Below, one piece after another: positions 27,801 to 32,000 of a stretch of DNA of 32,000 nucleotides. The notes under the pieces were generated by a model. That model searched no databases, was not told the DNA's origin, and was given only the letters and a program-made list of their open reading frames with translations. Source of the stretch: Comamonadaceae bacterium (GTDB taxonomy: Bacteria > Pseudomonadota > Gammaproteobacteria > Burkholderiales > Burkholderiaceae_C); assembly GCA_027488115.1 (NCBI GenBank), contig JAIYCG010000048.1, positions 84,763 through 116,762 of the forward strand. Reading direction: 5' to 3'. How positions within the stretch are numbered: position 1 is the first letter of the stretch; every line of letters begins with the position of its first letter. The translations under genes were made by a program, and so were the position numbers.

Positions 27801-28955
27801 ATGACTATCGACAGAAGAAAATGGTTTGTAGGCGCTTCGTCATTGCTCCTTTCAAAAGCACTGTTGGCACAATCAGACGGTGCGCATGGCTCACAGGGTC
27901 ATCATGGCGCTCACCCGGCTCTTCCAAAGGCAAATCCTTCTTCTGAGCCTTACGCCAGACTACAAGGTGGCGTGCCGCACCACTTAACCGCCGATCAAGA
28001 ATCTCAACGCTCTATCAGCAGCCCTGCACCAAAGGGCCCTGCAGGTCGTTGGATCACAAGGGCTTCATTGCCAATTCCCCGCAGTGAAATGGCATGGGCC
28101 ACAGAATGGGCAGGCAGACTTCACGTTATTGGCGGCTATGGAGAAGGACGCGTCGACAGGGGCTACCACCATGTCTACGAACCCAAAGCAGATCAATGGC
28201 ATTTGGCGGCTCCACTGCCTCGTGGCGCCAACCATGTTGCCGTGGTATCCCTAGAGGGTCGCATTTACGCGTTTGGCGGTTTTATTGAACAAAATAGAAA
28301 TCCAGACAACCATGCTTATGTTTACGAAGTTTCGCAAGACAAGTGGACCTCGATTGCACCCCTGCCAAGACCCAGAGGTGCGGCTGCCGCGGTTGCATTG
28401 AATGGCAAACTGCACCTGATTGGCGGCGCTTCGTCGCCAACAGATGAACGTGCAAGCGTGGGTTGGCATGAAGTCTATGACCCCAAATCAGACCAATGGA
28501 CTCGCAAGAAAGCCCTGCCTGGTGCTCGCGACCATGTGGGCTGTGTGGCTTACAAAGGCAGAATTCACATCATTGGTGGGCGCTTCAACACCTTTGAATA
28601 CAACACCGATTTGCACCAGGTGTACCTACCCGAAAGAGACACTTGGGAGCTCTTGGCGCCATTACCAACAGCGCGTTCTGGGCACGGCTTGGTGATCTAC
28701 CGTGATCGTTTTTACGCCATGGGCGGTGAAGGTGGCATCATCAACAAACCCGGTCAACAAACCGTGTTTGGGCAAATGGAAAGTTACGACCCCGCCAGCA
28801 ACACTTGGCAATCACATGCCCCCATGCCTATTCCGCGTCATGCGGTAGGTGCAGTGACGATTGGTGATTGGATTTATGTGGCTGGGGGTGGCGCAGTGTT
28901 AGGCGGCAGTGTTCAATCTGCTGTGCACGAGGCCTTTACGCTGAGTGGTGTTTGA
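27801..28955 (+). CDS. Kelch-repeat beta-propeller protein with Tat-type signal
   Basis: Leader MTIDRRKWFVGASSLLLSKALLAQS. A repeated unit of the type G(R/K)(L/I)(H/Y)xxGG...YDPxxDxW occurs about six times. Confidence 0.75.
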   Translation: MTIDRRKWFVGASSLLLSKALLAQSDGAHGSQGHHGAHPALPKANPSSEPYARLQGGVPHHLTADQESQRSISSPAPKGPAGRWITRASLPIPRSEMAWATEWAGRLHVIGGYGEGRVDRGYHHVYEPKADQWHLAAPLPRGANHVAVVSLEGRIYAFGGFIEQNRNPDNHAYVYEVSQDKWTSIAPLPRPRGAAAAVALNGKLHLIGGASSPTDERASVGWHEVYDPKSDQWTRKKALPGARDHVGCVAYKGRIHIIGGRFNTFEYNTDLHQVYLPERDTWELLAPLPTARSGHGLVIYRDRFYAMGGEGGIINKPGQQTVFGQMESYDPASNTWQSHAPMPIPRHAVGAVTIGDWIYVAGGGAVLGGSVQSAVHEAFTLSGV

Positions 28956-28989
28956 GGACCCACATAGAACAGAGCATGAGATCAAAAAA

Positions 28990-29018
28990 CAGCCCTCAAG
29001 CTTGGGGATTGAGGGCTG
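28990..29018. terminator. bidirectional rho-independent terminator (CAGCCCTCA-N11-TGAGGGCTG)
   Basis: 9-bp GC-rich stem. On the minus strand it is followed by TTTTTTGAT immediately after the tRNA-Cys 3' end. On the plus strand it follows the Kelch gene. Confidence 0.7.
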
Positions 29019-29023
29019 TGATT

Positions 29024-29067
29024 TGGAGGCGCGGGCCGGAGTCGAACCGACCTACACGGATTTGCAA
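29024..29067 (-). other. orphan 3' half of tRNA-Cys(GCA): putative att junction of an integrated element
   Basis: The minus-strand read is UUGCAAA-UCCGU-GUAG-GUCGG-UUCGACU-CCGGC-CCGCGCC-U-CCA. That covers the anticodon loop, 3' anticodon stem, variable loop, T-arm, 3' acceptor strand, discriminator and CCA. In the next ~150 nt I found no 5' acceptor strand (CCGCGCC on the plus strand), and I did not see a D-arm or 5' anticodon-stem strand. Confidence 0.8.
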
Positions 29068-29094
29068 ACACGGTAACACCACGCTGTTAAACCC

Positions 29095-29180
29095 TGCAAC
29101 AACAACTTGCAACATCCTACGCACACGGTGTGCACAAACTGCAAAACGTAACTGCAACGTACTTGCAAAAAGTGTGCAAC
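29095..29180. repeat. array of seven TGCA(A/C)(A/C) motifs, including three tandem 11-nt units, next to the att junction
   Basis: TGCA occurs at 29095, 29108, 29131, 29140, 29153, 29164 and 29175. The tandem units are ACGTAACTGCA, ACGTACTTGCA and AAAAGTGTGCA at 29146-29178. Confidence 0.6.
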
Positions 29181-29227
29181 GTGTTTTACTGGAAACAGAT
29201 TTAACAAACAGCGTGTAATAGCGGCAA

Positions 29228-29416
29228 CTACGTTTGAATTTTGCGTAAACGCTCTGCATCACGCAGTTGACGCTGTCTGTCACGTTCTGCTTGCAGTTGT
29301 TTCCTGCCATTCTCGATGTTAAGTTGCAAACTTTTGACACGCTGTTGTGCAGGTGTTGTCGGCTTGATTGCTTTAATCGGTTTAATGTCTTCTTGTGTAA
29401 TGTCTTTGATACGCAT
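29228..29416 (-). CDS. small Lys/Arg/Gln-rich hypothetical protein, 62 aa
   Basis: MRIKDITQEDIKPIKAIKPTTPAQQRVKSLQLNIENGRKQLQAERDRQRQLRDAERLRKIQT. This is the internal ATG of the 107-aa track ORF. The upstream part of that ORF overlaps the 146-aa gene and looks non-coding. No SD is evident. Confidence 0.35.
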   Translation of the reverse strand: MRIKDITQEDIKPIKAIKPTTPAQQRVKSLQLNIENGRKQLQAERDRQRQLRDAERLRKIQT

Positions 29417-29453
29417 AACGTATTTACACAAACGAAAACAACTGCAGTTGCAA

Positions 29454-29894
29454 TCATCGCTTAAATCCTGCACGCAATTTTGCACCTGCCGACACAATTT
29501 GCTCGTCAAGTTCGCCTGCAACAACTGCATCTTGCACAACTGTAAGTGCATTTACAAGTTCCGACATGTTTGCAACTTCAATTGCGTTTGCACCTTTTGC
29601 ATTTAGTGCAATAACAGTTGCACCATAACGTACGCTGAATGCAATTTTTCCGTTTTCTTGTTTCCACCACCATGTACGCAACTTTTTCGGCACGTTTGTG
29701 TATGCAGAAACACCTTCGCTGTCAGTTGTTTTGCGTTTACGCATAACACTGAACATTTTTCCTTCTGCAATTGCACGTGCATTTTGCAATTGCTCATCCA
29801 AACGCAATAACAATTTATTTCTGCGTTGTACAGCAACTGGCAATTGAGTTGTGCGCTTTGCAGTGATGAATTTAAGTGTACTTAAAGTAGCCAT
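29454..29894 (-). CDS. hypothetical protein, 146 aa (island cargo)
   Basis: ATG at 29894 with GGAG 8 nt upstream. The composition is protein-like (MATLSTLKFITAKRTTQLPVAVQRRNKLLLRLDEQLQ...GELDEQIVSAGAKLRAGFKR). I believe similar proteins occur in proteobacterial islands and plasmids, but I cannot verify this. Confidence 0.65.
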   Translation of the reverse strand: MATLSTLKFITAKRTTQLPVAVQRRNKLLLRLDEQLQNARAIAEGKMFSVMRKRKTTDSEGVSAYTNVPKKLRTWWWKQENGKIAFSVRYGATVIALNAKGANAIEVANMSELVNALTVVQDAVVAGELDEQIVSAGAKLRAGFKR

Positions 29895-29926
29895 TTATTA
29901 CTCCGGTTTGTTGTGTTGAGTAATAA
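29895..29926 (-). promoter_or_regulatory. leader hairpin overlapping the Shine-Dalgarno of the 146-aa gene
   Basis: TTATTACTC (29895-29903) pairs with GAGTAATAA (29918-29926), a 9-bp perfect inverted repeat. On the mRNA the 3' arm GAGUAAUAA abuts the AUG and contains three of the four SD bases. Confidence 0.35.
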
Positions 29927-30593
29927 CTGTAGTTTCGAACAATTGGTTTGGACAACCGGAATTTGTCGGTTTGGGCAATCTGTCCAAAACACCTAATAAA
30001 ACACAGTTTTGTGCAACATATTCTTTAGTCAAGACTAAATAACTGTATGAACTACAAAGCAGACTATCAAACAAACAAGTGGATTTCGGACAATGGAATG
30101 GATACAAAGACATTCAGCATCACACATCCAAAATTACTCAAAGCACAAATGGCTGCCAACACACTACTCAAACATCACCAAAACTTATTGTCACAACACC
30201 AAACTACAGCACTGAAGAAATTCGCATCCAATATGGCACACAAGAACACCAGAACCAAACTCAAACCAAATTCAGCAATTCCTATTCTCAATATTTCGGC
30301 ACAAATCAATCGCAAACTTTTCGCTCTGGCTAAACTAATCAAATAACTTACATACAAATGCAGGATACATCACCTGCTTAAAAAAGGATTAAAACGCGGG
30401 TTGGAATATGACGGCTAATGACCCCGCACTTGCACTACGTCGCTGTAAAGATGTTTTGCGTATAAGTGGATGCCGCTGGATTGCTGTTATGCAAATCAAT
30501 GCAGAAACAGTTTGGAAGTTCTAATTCGACCGTCTTCTGTCAAATCCTTTTACAGTCGTTGCACGTCATACTGAATCAGTTGTAGCAACGAAA

Positions 30594-30636
30594 GCGACGA
30601 CTATGTTGACTTCGCAAGATGTCACATAGCCGTCGT
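30594..30636. repeat. long imperfect hairpin / palindrome in the ORF-poor region
   Basis: GCGACGACTATGTTGAC-TTCGCAAGAT-GTCACATAGCCGTCGT gives 14 Watson-Crick pairs plus 1 G-U, with one bulge, one mismatch and a 10-nt loop. Confidence 0.6.
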
Positions 30637-31176
30637 TTGTCTCCAAAATCAGTCTTACAAAATACAAGTGATATGTATCAACATAATTGTCAGTAATTAA
30701 TCATCTTGATGTTGAAAATTACACTTGAAACAGTGAATTGAAATAAATGTGATGAGTTGTGCTCTGAAGCGAAGCGTAAGAAGCAAACGAAATCACTTGC
30801 GAACGACGAGTTCGCAGACACAAGATGAAACATCTTTTTACACAAATGAACTGTCACGATTAAAACAACTGCAAATGCATCAAATCACGTGCACAAGCAA
30901 TTAATTTGCAATTAACTACACAGACTGCACGATTGCAAAACAAACGCTTGTAGACGTTTTTACACAATCAACGCAGTCTATTGCAGTTTTCGCACAGAAA
31001 CTGCAGATATTTCCAATAAATACATGACCAAAGAGAATACACAAACTCAGCAGTCATGCAGATAAGTGCTTGATATTGAACAAATCACCAATACACCGCC
31101 AAGTTGATGGGTTTTACTTGTCCACTCTGCATCAAAGAACACATACTTAAACAACACAAATTAATAGGAGATACAA

Positions 31177-31749
31177 ATGGCAACAGCAAAATCACTTACA
31201 TCAGCAGAAATTAGCAAAGTACTGGACTACATTGCAATAAATCCAAATGCACAACGCAATCGCGTAATGTTTATGTTCACAGTTCTTGCAGGACTGCGTG
31301 TCAGCGAAGTTGCTGACTTGAAAATTGGTGATGTACGCAACGCAGATGGCACAATTAAAAGTGAGATTTACTTAAGCGGTGCACGTGTTAAACACAATCA
31401 CGCTCGTACTGTGTTTGTCAGCACACGTTTGCAAGACGAAATTACCAATTACATCAGTACGAAAGTAGTATTGAGTGATGCACAGCCGTTGTTCAGCACA
31501 AATCGCGGTGCGAGACACGCATTTAGTGCAAATACACTTACACAACACTTCCATTACATGTACAAAAGATGCTCAATCGCATCAGGTTCGTCACATTCAG
31601 GCAGAAAGACGTTCATTACTTCGCTTGCCAGTCAGGGAATTAGTGTATTTGTGCTTGCAAGTTTGGCGGGGCACAAATCCATAAGCACTACACAAAGATA
31701 TGTTTCGGTAAATGACGACATGAAACGACGTGCTGTCGAACTTGTTTAA
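31177..31749 (+). CDS. small tyrosine recombinase (catalytic domain only, FimB/FimE-sized, 190 aa)
   Basis: AGGAG lies 6 nt upstream of the ATG. The catalytic set is R in AGLRVSEV, H-x-x-R in HSGRKTF, H in LAGHKS and Y in TTQRYVSV. Only about 40 aa precede the first catalytic Arg. Confidence 0.85.
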   Translation: MATAKSLTSAEISKVLDYIAINPNAQRNRVMFMFTVLAGLRVSEVADLKIGDVRNADGTIKSEIYLSGARVKHNHARTVFVSTRLQDEITNYISTKVVLSDAQPLFSTNRGARHAFSANTLTQHFHYMYKRCSIASGSSHSGRKTFITSLASQGISVFVLASLAGHKSISTTQRYVSVNDDMKRRAVELV

Positions 31750-32000
31750 TTATCGCGAAGTGAACGGAGGAATTTAAACTGCTTATCAAGTCGATTTTTC
31801 TGTTCTTCTGTAAATTCGACAACTTCTTCAACAATCGTGTTCTCATATGTCAGTTCAAAAGCGGCTTCTACAAGTGCGTGCAACTGACATTCGCGTTTTT
31901 TCAATCGCGAACTTAACTTTGGCAATCCTGTGTCAAGTGCATTAATACTTTTACTACCGCGAACGCGTGGCACGCCAACACAATCAATCGAGTGCGTCAT
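31746..32000 (-). CDS. hypothetical protein (may extend beyond the window)
   Basis: The ORF converges on the recombinase gene and their stop codons overlap. An ATG sits exactly at the window edge (31998-32000), so completeness is unknown. I recognise no family. Confidence 0.35.
   Translation of the reverse strand: MTHSIDCVGVPRVRGSKSINALDTGLPKLSSRLKKRECQLHALVEAAFELTYENTIVEEVVEFTEEQKNRLDKQFKFLRSLRDN

Larger units (their letters stand above)
29068..32000. mobile_element. end of an integrated genomic island / prophage-like element (continues beyond window)
   Basis: The block begins exactly at the tRNA-Cys break and is visibly lower in GC with different codon usage (NNT-GCA rich). It contains a tyrosine recombinase gene and hypothetical genes. 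The other end was not seen. Confidence 0.6.

Noticed and set aside
29024-29100. An intact tRNA-Cys gene, or one carrying a short intron in the anticodon loop.
   Set aside because: No 5' acceptor strand, D-arm or 5' anticodon-stem strand can be found in the following ~150 nt. The break coincides with a compositional change that persists for at least 2.9 kb, which favours an integrated element over an intron.
28996-29457. 153-aa minus-strand ORF spanning the tRNA-Cys fragment, the TGCA repeat array and the 62-aa ORF.
   Set aside because: It runs through a tRNA-derived sequence and a terminator. It overlaps a more plausible small ORF in another frame. Its Cys/Val/Asn-rich translation looks non-coding.
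30047-30357. 99-aa (plus), 84-aa (plus) and 60-aa (minus) ORFs that overlap one another.
   Set aside because: Three frames are open over the same DNA because the top strand is strongly G- and T-poor, so stop codons are rare. There is no Shine-Dalgarno before ATG 30047. The low-complexity K/N/T/Q/H-rich translation looks like a compositional artefact. The region is kept as a finding, not as a CDS.
30408-30524. 38-aa ORF (MTANDPALALRRCKDVLRISGCRWIAVMQINAETVWKF) and a 50-aa ORF at 30752-30904 in the ORF-poor region.
   Set aside because: Neither has a convincing SD or a recognisable motif. Such lengths are expected by chance. They are noted only as candidates for Ribo-seq or conservation tests.
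30382-30552. 9-bp long-range complementarity (AAAAGGATT with AATCCTTTT) and several 5-7-bp stems that could close a ~170-nt structured RNA domain.
   Set aside because: For ~800 nt, about one 9-bp complementary pair is expected by chance, more in AT-rich DNA. Without covariation data this is not evidence for a structure.
29913-31159. 8-bp inverted repeat (TTGTGTTG with CAACACAA) flanking the whole ORF-poor region, considered as invertase recombination sites.
   Set aside because: It is only 8 bp in A/C-T/G-skewed sequence and flanking bases do not extend the match, so it is at chance level. I propose a computational inverted-repeat search instead of claiming it.
29895-31176. Retron msr/msd, type III toxin-antitoxin repeat RNA, or a CRISPR leader as explanations for the structured non-coding region.
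   Set aside because: There is no reverse transcriptase, no toxin ORF, no tandem 30-40-nt repeats and no cas genes in the window. Nothing beyond generic hairpins supports these models.

Overview
Most of the window (1-29023) looks like core chromosome of a mid-GC Gram-negative bacterium. The gene content (Bug/TctC binding protein, TRAP transporter, multiple MCPs) suggests Burkholderiales, but I could not verify this. All function calls come from motif recognition by eye; no searches were run.

Left end: three poly-HAMP methyl-accepting chemotaxis protein genes surround a compact cyclic-nucleotide module. It holds two small proteins with the full motif set of eukaryote-type (class I) cNMP phosphodiesterases and two stand-alone cNMP-binding-domain proteins.

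Middle: an outer-membrane barrel, two MFS transporters, tRNA-Leu(UAA) and a YbaK-like deacylase. Next comes a TRAP transporter operon whose large permease carries a roughly 200-aa insertion containing 27-nt tandem repeats. It is followed by DUF4337-like, serine hydrolase, membrane-anchored Mrr-like nuclease, VOC, dienelactone hydrolase and ketopantoate-reductase-family genes. The block ends with a DevBCA/MacAB-like ABC exporter and carboxymuconolactone-decarboxylase-family, Bug and Kelch-repeat genes.

Right end: an orphan 3' half of tRNA-Cys(GCA) lies at 29024-29067, directly upstream of its own terminator. It marks an integration junction. From 29068 to the window edge the DNA changes character:
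- lower GC and extreme TGCA enrichment;
- phased TGCA-containing repeats next to the junction;
- a two-gene hypothetical cassette;
- a roughly 1.3-kb stretch with no convincing CDS, including a G-depleted tract and a long hairpin;
- a 190-aa FimB/FimE-sized tyrosine recombinase.

The element runs off the window. I saw no rRNA, CRISPR array or recognisable IS element.
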